Shown here: positions 10,785-21,120 of the stretch, in pieces
How the letters are laid out: every line of letters starts with the position of its first letter
Numbering within the stretch: position 1 is the stretch's first letter
From: Macrostomum lignano
Lineage: Eukaryota
Reading direction: 5' to 3'
NCBI GenBank assembly: GCA_002269645.1
Contig: NIVC01001777.1
Coordinates: forward strand, 1 to 26,003
DNA: 26,003 nt
The notes under the pieces: model-generated
Databases searched by the model: none
Told to the model about the DNA's origin: nothing
What the model saw: the letters and a program-made list of their open reading frames with translations, nothing else
Made by a program: the position numbers and the translations under genes

Positions 10785-11068
10785 GTGTTCAGCGCAAGCT
10801 GGCATTCGTACAGGCGGCATCGGGCCTAGTTGAACTCGCGGACTCCCGCTATCGCACCGCCGCGCGCCAATTCCTAGCCGTACAATTCGACTTTTTCAAT
10901 TGTCCCGAGCTTCTATCGCCGGCTAATATTGCCACTTATGCCAGCCTGTGCGCTCTGGCCACCTTTGACAGGCAGGACATGCGCAGGCTGGTCATGTCTA
11001 GCGCCAATTTTCGTCAATTCCTCGAAGTTGAACCGGCAGTTCGCGATGTTGTAACTAGCTTTCATCAG
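10785..11068 (+). CDS. GPS1: CSN1/GPS1 exon 4 (not in the supplied ORF track)
   Basis: Acceptor CGCAG|. KLAFVQAASGLVELADSRYRTAARQF..PELLSPANIATYASLCALATFDRQDM..FRQFLEVEPAVRD. Donor CAG|GTGAAG. Phases agree with both neighbours. Confidence 0.95.
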
Positions 11069-11124
11069 GTGAAGATGTTTTGAATTGTTAGATAAACTGT
11101 CAACCATTTGAAACCTAACCTAAA

Positions 11125-11830
11125 CCTAGAAGCAAGATGGTTGCCACTAGAAGCAGATTGGTTGCAATCAGAAGCAGATTGGTTGCAATCAGAAGCAGGA
11201 TGGTTGCCACTAGAAGCAGATTGGTTGCAATCAGAAGCAAATTGGTTGCAATCAGAAGTAGGATGGTTGCCACTAGAAGCAGATTGGTTGCAATCAGAAG
11301 CAGGATGGTTGCCACTAGAAGAAGATTGGTTGCAATCAGAAGCAGGATGGTTGCCACTAGAAGCAGATTGGTTGCAATCAGAAGCAGATTGGTTGCAATC
11401 AGAAGCAGGATGGTTGCCACTAGAAGCAGATTGGTTGCAATCAGAAGTAGGATGGTTGCCACTAGAAGCAGATTGGTTGCAATCAGAAGCAGGATGGTTG
11501 CCACTAGAAGCAGATTGGTTGCAATCAGAAGCAGATTGGTTGCAATCAGAAGCAGGATGGTTGCCACTAGAAGCAGATTGGTTGCAATCAGAAGCAGGAT
11601 GGTTGCCACTAGAAGCAGATTGGTTGCAATCAGAAGCAGATTGGTTGCAATCAGAAGCAGGATGGTTGCCACTAGAAGCAGATTGGTTGCAATCAGAAGC
11701 AGATTGGTTGCAATCAGAAGCAGGATGGTTGCCACTAGAAGCAGATTGGTTGCAATCAGAAGCAGATTGGTTGCAATCAGAAGCAGGATGGTTGCCACTA
11801 GAAGCAGATTGGTTGCAATCAGAAGCAGGT
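11125..11830. repeat. 21-bp two-variant minisatellite (GAAGCAGATTGGTTGCAATCA / GAAGCAGGATGGTTGCCACTA), about 33 units, GPS1 intron 4
   Basis: Directly visible, with 7-aa periodic ORFs in three frames. Confidence 0.95.
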
Positions 11831-11882
11831 TGTTCCTATTGATTTTAATTGTTCGCTTTGTTCTTTGAAAATGCCACTCCAG

Positions 11883-12398
11883 GCTAACTACGCAGCCTGC
11901 CTAGCTGGCATGGAGCGCCTGAAGCCGACTTTACTCCTAGACCTCTACCTTGGCTCGCACGTGGAATCGCTATTCTCAGAGATTAGAAAACGCGCCTTAA
12001 CCCAATACTTCAGCCCGTATGTTAGCGCCGATCTGGATAAAATGGCATCAACCTTTGGTACAAGCGTGCCAGCGCTGGAAGACGAATTAATGCGACTAAT
12101 ATTGGACAAGCGCATAGCCGCCCGTATCGATAGCAACAAGCGCCTATTGGTTGCTAAGCAGGCGGACCTGCGCAGTGCGGTATTCGAATCCGCTCTACAA
12201 GCTTGTCGCGATTGGAAGCGCAGAAATTCGGCCGCTATTCTACATCTGGCTGTTAGCAAAGCTAATTTATGCGTCACCGAGTCTAATCCCGCTAGCGGAG
12301 CTGCTTCCGCTGCCGCTTCCGCTGGCGGTGCTGCCTCCGCTGGCGCTGGCGCCGCGGCAACAGCCGCTGCTGGCGCATGCGATGATGCAATGCAGTGA
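11883..12398 (+). CDS. GPS1: CSN1/GPS1 exon 5 (PCI domain and C-terminus)
   Basis: Acceptor TCCAG|. LLLDLYLGSHV..IRKRALTQYFSPYVSADLDKMA..ALEDELMRLIL..ARIDS. TGA at 12396. The spliced CDS is 1512 nt (503 aa). Confidence 0.95.
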   Translation, partial: ANYAACLAGMERLKPTLLLDLYLGSHVESLFSEIRKRALTQYFSPYVSADLDKMASTFGTSVPALEDELMRLILDKRIAARIDSNKRLLVAKQADLRSAVFESALQACRDWKRRNSAAILHLAVSKANLCVTESNPASGAASAAASAGGAASAGAGAAATAAAGACDDAMQ

Positions 12399-12408
12399 TT
12401 TTTTATAT

Positions 12409-12414
12409 AATAAA
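12409..12414 (+). terminator. Candidate polyadenylation signal of GPS1
   Basis: AATAAA begins 11 nt after the stop codon. Confidence 0.5.
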
Positions 12415-12515
12415 ATAACTTGAAAGTTTTCCTATTTCTACTGTTTGGAGTAGAGACTAAAGAAAATGATAGCTATTTTTCTCTGTAGAAGATAAAAATC
12501 TACTGGAATATGAAT

Positions 12516-12804
12516 CATACATGCGCAACCTCCAAAATTCGGTCGGCCATGCGACTTAGTTTTAACAAAAATGCGACGTAGTTTTTGGCCAAAAATGCGA
12601 CTTAAATGTAAAAAAAACCCTAAAGCAAAATTAACGCAACTTTGGGTAAACGGCAGGAGTAACTATGACTGTCTTATAAATCAAAATGCTTCGTCAGCTA
12701 CTTAGTAGTACTACTTTGGTATTTTTTCGGGTGGGCATTTTTGCGACTTCCTTGATTGGCCGCCAAATCGGTCGGCCGGATCGGCCGACTGTTGCGCATG
12801 TATG
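12516..12804. mobile_element. 289-bp MITE (hAT/P-like), 14-bp TIR
   Basis: CATACATGCGCAAC ... GTTGCGCATGTATG. Flanks AATATGAAT and AATATGAT form an 8-bp TSD with one indel. Confidence 0.75.
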
Positions 12805-12922
12805 AATATGATTAATTAATTTACATCAGATAATGTTCACCTAAGTCTAACTCATGAAATAATGTTCTCAAAGGCCTATAGCGTTATTAAGCATCTGGGC
12901 TATTAAAAGGGAGTTAAAAAGG

Positions 12923-13030
12923 GCGCCGGACTCACGACTTGAAGGTAGGGGGTTCGATTCCCGATCCCATTGGAACGATTTGTTTCTTTGAGCAAGACAC
13001 TTAACTTTGCATTGCTTCAGTTCGCCCATT
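12923..13030 (+). mobile_element. Truncated second copy of the tRNA/CORE SINE
   Basis: GGACTCACGACTTGAAGGT..GTTCGATTCCCGATCCC..TTGAGCAAGACACTTAACTTTGCATTGCTTCAGTTC matches 7820-7920. Confidence 0.8.
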
Positions 13031-13664
13031 GGCAGGTAGGGTAGGGCAGGTTTAATCAGTTATTAATATTATTATTATGGGCTATTAATTATGAATAATT
13101 AATTATAATCATTAATAGCGGTTGAAAAATTATTTTCAACTAGTTAAATTTCATCTCACCTGGTCAAATAAGCCAATCTATTGTAATATGACATATTCCT
13201 GTATATGCTAACCGATTCTCTCGCAAGTAGTATTGAGAAAATATGTGAAATAATCCTTTGTTGAAAATGAAATCGGCAACTTTTTTTCGATAAATGGTTA
13301 TAAACAATTGCTTTGACTTTCTTAGCGTTGTGTTTGTGTTTTTTGACCTTTCTAAAAGCTAATTTGACTGCCTTGTCTGTCATGATCCAATTGTTGATCT
13401 TTGTTGTTATTAATAATTTTGTTTAAATAAAAACGAAAAGGATGAAACTATAGTACCGGTCTCTCATAGCTCTGTGCTTGGCTTTTCTGTTTATTACCGC
13501 ATTGAAATTTCTTGCTGACTTTATATATAATTACGAAGAAGCCCTTAAGGTACCGTAAAACTTGAGTTTGAGACATATACACACATCCTACATGCTAGCA
13601 ATTGAGTTATGTAAAAGACAACCCATTTTGGCTTAAATTCTTTGTTTCTTGTGTTTTGCAATAG

Positions 13665-14110
13665 TTTTAGTTCTTTCCTTTCCACTTCCCACTCTCCCCT
13701 CTCCCCTCTCCCTCTCCCTCTACCCTCTCCTTCCTCACTCTCTTCCTCTCTCCTCTCCCTTTCTCCTCTCCTCGCTCTCCCTCTGTCCTCTCCTTATTCT
13801 CTCCTCTCCTCCCTCTCCTCTCTTCACTCTCCCCTGTCTCCTTTCCTTTTCTCCTTAGTCTCTCCTTATCTCCCTATCCTCACTTCCTTTCTCACCTTCA
13901 CCACTCTACCTCTTTCTTTCACTCTCTTCTCCGTCTTCCCCATTTTCAATTTCCCTCTCTTCCTTCTCTTTCGCCTCCCACTTTGTAATCGTTCTCTAAT
14001 TATCATCTCCATCATATTTCTCTCATCCTTTATGCCCCATCTCTCTTTCATTCCATTTTCCCAGACTCTCCCTCATTCGCTTTCTTCCCCATAGCCGCTT
14101 TTCTTACCGT
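13665..14110 (+). repeat. About 450-bp CT-rich low-complexity tract upstream of WDFY3
   Basis: Strongly pyrimidine-biased on the + strand. Confidence 0.85.
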
Positions 14111-14288
14111 GTGCTTTTTCTCTATAAAATTTGTTTTTATTTATTTCTGCAAAAGCATTCCAATTATTGGTTACAAAAGAACGCTCAACACGCTAGAAAA
14201 GCTGGAGTTATTAATTAATAATAGCTCACTAGCGAAAGTTTAGTGCGCTTACTTGCTAACTAATTAGCAATCTAAATTAACTAGTTCA

Positions 14289-14567
14289 ATGAGCTTCTTC
14301 TCCAAGCTTGTCGGCGGAGGCGGCGGCAACAGCGGCTCCCAATCGAGTTCCAGTCGCGGGCCGCCCTCGGCCGCTGATCAAGCCTTCGCTCGCTACGCCG
14401 CCGCTGCGGAAGGTGCCAGGGGAGGCGTCGGCGGCGGCGCCACCGGAAGCGCCGGTCAAGGCGCAGGGTTCTCCCCTATTGAGGATCACAGTTTAGCAAT
14501 TGCCCATCTAAGGAAACTGTTTGCCGACGTCAAGGCTAACGCTAGTCGAATGGGACCAGGGGAACAG
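14289..14567 (+). CDS. WDFY3: WDFY3/ALFY (blue cheese) exon 1
   Basis: ..SPIEDHSLAIAHLRKLF.. resembles SPQDNALGLMHLRRLF. Donor CAG|GTAAAA, 279 nt. Confidence 0.88.
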
Positions 14568-14644
14568 GTAAAATTTCTCTATTTTATGATTTTTATGCTT
14601 TACCTTTCAGTAACTGCTTGACTTTGCCAAATCACCGTAACGTC

Positions 14645-14955
14645 TTAGAATCGCCCTTTTAGGATTGCCCTCATAAAATCGCCCTATTAGAATCGCCCTT
14701 TTAGAATCGCTTTTTAGAATCGCCCTCCTTGAGAGAATCGCCCTCTCATAATCGCCCTTGAGAATCGACCTCTAGAACTGCCTTCTTGACCTATTAGAAT
14801 TGCCCTTGAGGATCGCCTTCAAGAATCACTCTCGAGAATCTCCCTCTTATTATCGCCCTTGAGAATCGTTCTCTAGAATCATCCTAAAATCATCTTAAAA
14901 TCGCCCTCGAGAATAGACTTTCTGTGAATCGCCTTCTAAGAATCACTCTCTATAG
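14645..14955. repeat. Degenerate 12-13-bp tandem repeat (AGAATCGCCCT...), WDFY3 intron 1
   Basis: Repeated agaatcgccc / aatcgcc units. Confidence 0.8.
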
Positions 14956-15053
14956 AACCAGTTTCCAAAAATTTCTGATCAAATTCAATACCGAAAATAT
15001 TGCCTTAGGGAACAGTTGTCAAACACCAAAGCCACCATTATTTCACTATACAG

Positions 15054-15871
15054 GCCAGCCGTCTATACGTGATGCTGCCAGTGTTCTGCAAAGTGTACAG
15101 CTCTCTGCCTAGCTCGGAGATGTCAGCCAGTTTCCCAGACGTTGGCCAATTCTGCAGTCACGCCTCTAAACTAATGGTAACTGAGATTAAAAAGCGGGCC
15201 AGCAATCAGTCGACTGTGAACGCGTCAGCCGCTATAGTTGACTTCTTAGAAGCCGATGCACTTGACGAATCTAAATCTGGCGGTTGGATGCTATTGACAA
15301 CGTTGAATTTGCTGGCTACTGGTGGCAAAAATTTAATTGAAGCAATGACCGCTTGCTCGTTGCCGTCTACTTTAGTTAAGTGTCTCTATTTGTTCTTCGA
15401 TTTGCCGCCTCTACCAGAAGCAACCGCTTGTTCGCAACAACAACAACTAACACCATGCGAGCAAAGAGCACTTCTTCAGCGTACGTTTACTCAACTATTA
15501 GTGAGACTGTGTTCTCACACTGAGCCAGCCGAAGAATTAGTACAGAAAAACGATCTCAGCCTATTATTCGGAGCAGTATGCAGTCCTTGCGCTAATCACA
15601 ATGTAATCTGGAGGAAAGCGGCTGCCGATGTGCTTACAACTCTAAGTCGTTACGGTTTGACTTACACCGTTCGACAGTACATACACAAAGAGGCGTGTAT
15701 TAAGCAGTGCGTTAATGGTATTATGAAAGCCGCAGGTTCGCCGTTGGACACAGTGGAAATGCTAGTTACAATTTGCTGCTTTTTAAAAGACGCATCAGAG
15801 ACTAATCAGAATTTACTCGACGATTTCTGGCACGCTAATGGCTATCAAAGGATTACGCAGATTATACTCAA
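15054..15871 (+). CDS. WDFY3: WDFY3 exon 2
   Basis: Acceptor ACAG|. LYVMLPVF..LMVTEIKKRASNQST..GWMLLTTLNLLA..PSTLVKCLYLFFDLP..EELVQKNDLSLLF..CFLKDAS..LLDDF. Donor AA|GTAAGT, phase 2. Confidence 0.96.
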
Positions 15872-16232
15872 GTAAGTTTTTTAGTTTATTACACCTTTGC
15901 TTTGGTTTTGGTTGTGCTTATATCCAACAGGACAAATGTTTTTTAATCAACATATTCAAGTTTACCATTCTAGAAATAAATAAATGATTTATCGTCTGCT
16001 CAACTTTTTTGTTAATTAGCTTATGTTATTAAATATTAAAAAGAAATGATATTATTGGTGCGACGAGATATACGCACAGTAAGATGTACTAAAGCTTAAA
16101 GGCTTTTCAGGTCTGGCGTATCAGCAGTAAGGAGAAGGAGGGGATTATGCTATTTTAGCGCCTGCTTTGTTCAGTACGGCGTAGTTAGGTTGTTTGTGTG
16201 TCACGCGGCTAAAGTATTACGTTGCTTTGATT

Positions 16233-16607
16233 CATAGATAAAGTATACATAGATTCCACCCCTGCCCAGAATGTACACACGCTCGTGTCCAAACTTTGAC
16301 CACCATAAAACTCACCGTGCTCTCATTGGCTGGCGCGAAAGCCTTCCTTTCAACACCTTCGATTTCATTCCCTCACCCCTTCCACACAAGAAAGCTTTAT
16401 AACTTTAATGCGCGGAACGAAAGGATGTCTTACCAGTTTCAACAGTTAAAGCGGAGATAATAGAAAAGCGGAGTTGGGGGAATGTACACACGTGGACTCA
16501 ATGTGCATAGCGTGGCCCAGCCAATAGGAGCGCAGTGAATAAAGTGATGGTCACAATTTAGACACTCCGCGGGGGTAGGGGTGGAATCTATGTATACTTT
16601 ATCTATG
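16233..16607. mobile_element. 375-bp MITE, 31-bp perfect TIR, perfect 8-bp TSD (P-element/hAT-like)
   Basis: TIR CATAGATAAAGTATACATAGATTCCACCCCT. TSD CTTTGATT at 16225-16232 and 16608-16615. Confidence 0.9.
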
Positions 16608-16719
16608 CTTTGATTTGGGGTTGGTGGATGGTGGACTGGGGCTTGTTTGCTGATTTTATCACTTTGCCTCGCGCGCTCATGTGTTTGGCTGAGTCAATTA
16701 ACTTAATCAATACTCTAGT

Positions 16720-17000
16720 CTAGGCAGAAAACCCTAACCCCTCTGCCCCAACCCCCAAAACTTTTACCCTTTGCCATTAACTTCGCCAGCCAATCAGAAC
16801 GCGCCAACGCTTTTTAGACAGTTTTTTTAGACCAAGCCAACCCTAGAGTGAAGCGGCCCGCGGGGTGCGCGCGATTTAGAATAGCCAAACAATTAAATCA
16901 GCCAGTCGCTCTACCCCTCTACCCCCCCCCCCACCTAACTTTGCACCCAACCGCAGCGCATTATAAAATCCGGTCCGCCCGGGGCCGCCTTGTACTTTCC
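16720..17000 (+). promoter_or_regulatory. Candidate promoter of the nested LSM14 gene
   Basis: CCAAT at 16790-16794, GC-rich stretch, TATAAAA at 16962-16968 (about 150 nt before the ATG), C-rich tracts. Confidence 0.45.
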
Positions 17001-17120
17001 CTATTATTATTCTGCGCTGCCTTGCTCTCCCTGCCAATCTATTCTCTGTATTTGATCGTTTATTTCTATTTATTTTTGGAAACTTTTAAATCATCGAAGA
17101 GATTAACAAGGCACAAAGAC

Positions 17121-18854
17121 ATGACTCCACCGCCGCAAGTTCCCTATATTGGTTCGACAATCTCTCTGCTGTCCAAGGCCAGCATTCGATACGAAGGCTT
17201 TCTTTACACTATCGATCAGAAAGAATCATCCGTAGCCCTATCCCACGTCAAAGTGTTTGGTACAGAGGATCGCCAATGCGACCGTCCAGTGCCGCCGTCC
17301 GACGAGATCTTCGAATTTATAATATTTCGCGCTTCGGACATCACCGAATTAAAGGTTATCGACACTCCTCCAGTGCGCTCTGTGCCAGATCCGGCTATTA
17401 TCCGGGCGCAGAACAAGCCTCCGCCGCAGTCGTCCGATCAACAGCAGCAGTCTAGTACCGCCGCAACTGCAGAGGCTAATGCATCGGTGAAGAATTTTCT
17501 ATCGCAGGCTGGCTCTAGCGCAGCTGGAGGCCGCGCCTCGGCCTTGGCCGTTGGCGGTAGCGGCGGATCAGGAGGCGGCTCTAGCACTGTTCGATTGATG
17601 GGCAACTCTAACGGCAGCAGTCGCAATCAACATTCGTCGCAGCAGCAGCAGCACCAGTCTAGGGGCCAGCAGCAGCCTCTAATGCAAGGCCAGCAGCCAT
17701 CCCAACAGCAGCAGCAGCAGATACCGCCTCGTCGTTATAATAACAATCAACAGCAGGATAATAATAAACCATTCTCTGGCGACTATCAACAGTCTAGGTC
17801 ATACTACAACAATCGTAGGAACAATGCCGATTTCTTTGACATGCCGCCGTCTGGCAACAATAGCGGCGGCTATCGAAGCGGAGGCCGTATGGGCCGGTCT
17901 GATGGCAACAACGGCTACGGCTATTGTCCGCAGGGTCCGCCGCCTCTGCAATCGCTGCAGCCGATGCCGCCGCCTCCGCCGCATTATCGCAACGCCTACG
18001 GCGGTGGCCCAGGTGGCTACTCCGGCTATCATCGTCATCAGCAGCAGCATCACCCCGCCGCTGGCGGCTACGGCTATCCGCTGGCACCGCCGATAATGTC
18101 TATGCCGCCAATGTCTTCGCAGCGGCGCTACGGCGGTCGGCCAGTTATGCACTTTCGGCGCTATCCCGGCGGACCCGGAATGGGTGGCGGCGGCGGCGGC
18201 GGCGGTGGCCGGATGGGCGGTGGCCGCCCCGGTCCATCGCATCATCAACTGGGCGGCTGGAATTCCGGTGGCAACGATCGACGTCAGCAGCAGCAGCAGC
18301 AGCAGCAGCATCACCAGCAGCAGCATCAGCACCGGCAGCATCTGGTTGATCCGATTCCTGCTCGATTCACTGCCGACTACGATTTCGAAACTGCCAATGC
18401 CGAGATGGAGGCCGAACTAGCCAAGCTGGTGCTCAACAGCGGCGGAGGTGGTTCTGCCGGGGACAACTCTACAGCGACGGCGGACGCGCCTGCGACCTCC
18501 GACAATGCTGACACTGACGTCGATTCGAAGGCTCACCTGGCCGGCACCGTGGCGGCTATGGAGTCGCTGCTGCGCCACGCCCACGCCGGCTATGACAAGG
18601 AGAAAAGCTTCTTTGACGACATCAGCCGAGTTGAAGCCGATGCCGCTGCCGATGCTGCTAATAACTCTAGCGGCTGCGGCGCCGTCAGCTCGGCGCCAGG
18701 GCCTAACAACGCCGGCGGCCCTCGAAAGGAAACATCGATTCGTCAAAATGCGCTCAACAAGGAGACGTTTGGCCTAGTTGGCGGCCGAATGCGTCGCGGT
18801 ATTAGCAATCGTTTCTATGGCAACCGTGGCCCGTATCGCCGAGCTGTTGTGTAG
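17121..18854 (+). CDS. LSM14: LSM14/RAP55/Trailer hitch/Scd6-family P-body protein, intronless, 577 aa
   Basis: N-terminal Lsm domain [54 protein letters not shown]-box variant [12 protein letters not shown] box [11 protein letters not shown] box LNKETFG, Arg/Gly-rich C-terminus. Confidence 0.95.
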   Translation: MTPPPQVPYIGSTISLLSKASIRYEGFLYTIDQKESSVALSHVKVFGTEDRQCDRPVPPSDEIFEFIIFRASDITELKVIDTPPVRSVPDPAIIRAQNKPPPQSSDQQQQSSTAATAEANASVKNFLSQAGSSAAGGRASALAVGGSGGSGGGSSTVRLMGNSNGSSRNQHSSQQQQHQSRGQQQPLMQGQQPSQQQQQQIPPRRYNNNQQQDNNKPFSGDYQQSRSYYNNRRNNADFFDMPPSGNNSGGYRSGGRMGRSDGNNGYGYCPQGPPPLQSLQPMPPPPPHYRNAYGGGPGGYSGYHRHQQQHHPAAGGYGYPLAPPIMSMPPMSSQRRYGGRPVMHFRRYPGGPGMGGGGGGGGGRMGGGRPGPSHHQLGGWNSGGNDRRQQQQQQQQHHQQQHQHRQHLVDPIPARFTADYDFETANAEMEAELAKLVLNSGGGGSAGDNSTATADAPATSDNADTDVDSKAHLAGTVAAMESLLRHAHAGYDKEKSFFDDISRVEADAAADAANNSSGCGAVSSAPGPNNAGGPRKETSIRQNALNKETFGLVGGRMRRGISNRFYGNRGPYRRAVV

Positions 18855-19645
18855 ACGGGATTTGGACACACCACAATGTTTTCTGTCGTTGACAATTTCT
18901 GATCGTCTCGTAAAGCTAAATCAAACAAAGTATGAAAGTCGCGCGTCATTTATTATTACCCTAATTCCTGGCCAATATGCTGTTTTTTCGCTAACCGAGT
19001 TCTTTGTCGCATTCTTCCCCTTTGTTGATTTATTTCTGCTGCTGCTGCTGAAGCCAGCCAGGTGTTTTTGCACCTCCCCCTTATCAAATTCGACTCCGAC
19101 TGCTCGCAGCTTTTGTCATATTGTTCGGCTCCCTTTTGAAGTTGCTTTTTTATAAAGAGAGACTTGCTTTGCCGCCAGTTCTAAAAGTATGTTTGATACT
19201 AATTGTAATAGCAGGCTTGTTTTTTCGGTCCTTTGATGACAAACAACTCGTCCCGTTTTCTGCGCGATCGTGCGTTTTTGTGACAACTACTTTTCTCTCG
19301 AGCCGCTTTCCTCCAAGGTGTCAGTCTGCACTCCCCCTTATTTTTTTTGTTTATTTGTCGCGCTACAAGTGCGCTATCAGAACCCGCTGCTTTGTCGCTA
19401 TTATCTGTACTAGTTTAGCAAGATTTTCCCGCGGCCAGTTTAAAAGCTATCGCTAGCGCCACTTTTGAAGTTTCTGCACCGTCATTTTCCTTCACGCTAT
19501 TGCCCGATATTGATATTGATGAATTTTGCTATCCCCGTTCAATTTAGTCGCACCGCTGCACAAGATGCAAACGTTTCAAATATTCTGCTATACGATTTCT
19601 TCCAAGGAAAAAAGAATATTATTATTGATTATTATTTAAGCTAGC

Positions 19646-19651
19646 AATAAA
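19646..19651 (+). terminator. Candidate poly(A) signal of LSM14 (inside WDFY3 intron 2)
   Basis: AATAAA about 790 nt downstream of the LSM14 stop, after a U-rich UTR-like stretch. Confidence 0.45.
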
Positions 19652-20334
19652 ATCCGAAAGTAATGACGCCTCATTTCATCATTAAATTGCCTTCATTTTA
19701 GCCTTTTTTAGCTTATTTAGACTTGCCTTCGTTTGACTGGTTGATTGATTAAGCCTGGGAACAATTAACATGCTTCTTTTCTTAGTCTATGACGGATCTC
19801 TGGCACATCAAATAGACAACTTTTGCAGAATCGTAAAATAAATTTCAATTCTGCCCCTATGATGCATTTAGATCTGAAAGAGATTGTGCCATAGACAAAA
19901 TCAGTTCTTCACACGCAGAAGCGAATAAGAATGAAAATGGCAATGACGTTCCACTGCCGCGATTAGGTGTTTGGCTTTTGGCCATAGACAAACGCGACTG
20001 ATATGTACACGCTGGATTAGCTGGTGCTATAGCTAAGTGGAGACTTAGAGTTAATCAATTTTTTTCTATGGTCAAAAAACTAAACTCGATTTACGACCTC
20101 GGATATTCTCTGATACCATGAAAGTTCTGCAAATCGGGATTAAGATGCACTTACTGGTTGAGCATAAATAAATATATTAAACAGATTAATTTAAATTGCT
20201 TGCTCCAAGACTCGTTTCACTTGGGTAAAATTTTTACTAACAAATTAAATATTATAAAAGTCAACGAACGATTAAAGCTCATTTTTGAATGTTTATTAAT
20301 TTCCCGCATCCCAAATCTTCTAAATCATGTACAG

Positions 20335-20501
20335 CTTAGAAGAGATGGACGTACAAGACTGGGAGACTGCAACTGATAATTTAATCTGCCTGGCCGCCTC
20401 TCTAGCCACCTGCGGCTGCGTGCAACTCAAGCCTAGCGACACCGTGGCCAATTCTATCTGTCAGATACCGAACTTTACTGTGCCGCAGCCTGCTGGCAAA
20501 G
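20335..20501 (+). CDS. WDFY3: WDFY3 exon 3
   Basis: Acceptor ACAG|. NLICLAASLATCG..LKP..PNFTVPQPAGKG (cf. PGFAVPQPAGKG). Donor AAG|GTACGC. Phase matches exon 2. Confidence 0.93.
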
Positions 20502-20559
20502 GTACGCTGACTCACCATCTTTTACCTCCGGCAGTAGCTTTTACCTCTGTCTTACCCTG

Positions 20560-21120
20560 TCACAGCCTCCGTCTTTACGCTGTCTCACCCTCTGGCTTTA
20601 CCCTCTGTCGCACCCTCTGGCTTTACCCTCTGTCCCAGCCTCTGGCTTTTATACCCTCTGTCCCAGCCTCTGGCTTTACCCTCTGTCCCAGCCTCTGGCT
20701 TTACCCTCTGTCCCAGCCTCTGGCTTTCATACCCTCTGTCCCAGCCTCTGGCTTTACCCTCTGTCCCAGCCTCTGGCTTTCATACCCTCTGTCCCACTCT
20801 CCGACTTTACCCTCTGTCCCAGCCTCTGGCTTTCATACCCTCTGTCCCACTCTCCGACTTTACCCTCTGTCCCAGCCTCTGGCTTTCATACCCTCTGTCC
20901 CACTCTCCGACTTTACCCTCTGTCCCAGCCTCTGGCTTTCATACCCTCTGTCCCAGCCTCTGGCTTTACCCTCTGTCCCAGCCTCTGGCTTTCATACCCT
21001 CTGTCCCAGCCTCTGGCTTTACCCTCTGTCCCAGCCTCTGGCTTTCATACCCTCTGTCCCACTCTCCGACTTTACCCTCTGTCCCACCCTCCGGCTTTAC
21101 CCTCCGTCCCACCCTCCGTT
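20560..21120. repeat. 25/28-bp minisatellite (CCCTCTGTCCCAGCCTCTGGCTTTA), WDFY3 intron 3
   Basis: Directly visible. Variants include +CAT and CCCACTCTCCGAC. Confidence 0.92.

Noticed and set aside
9440-11830. Repeat arrays as CRISPR loci or repeat proteins (e.g. the 244-aa LEADWLQ ORF)
   Set aside because: No unique spacers or cas genes; the arrays lie inside introns whose flanking exons join in phase.
13642-14094. ORFs in the CT-rich tract
   Set aside because: A pyrimidine-only strand cannot form stop codons; the products are S/L/P/F low complexity.
16728-16846. Telomere-like or telo-box motifs (AAACCCTAACCC, AACCCTA)
   Set aside because: Only two short dispersed matches in C-rich DNA, compatible with chance.
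16848-17120. 91-aa N-terminal extension of LSM14 from the GTG start in the ORF track
   Set aside because: Non-ATG start in promoter/UTR-like sequence; family homology begins just after the ATG at 17121.
17216-19456. Antisense and alternative-frame ORFs over LSM14 and its UTR
   Set aside because: Shadows of GC-rich, triplet-repeat coding sequence, or low-complexity UTR.
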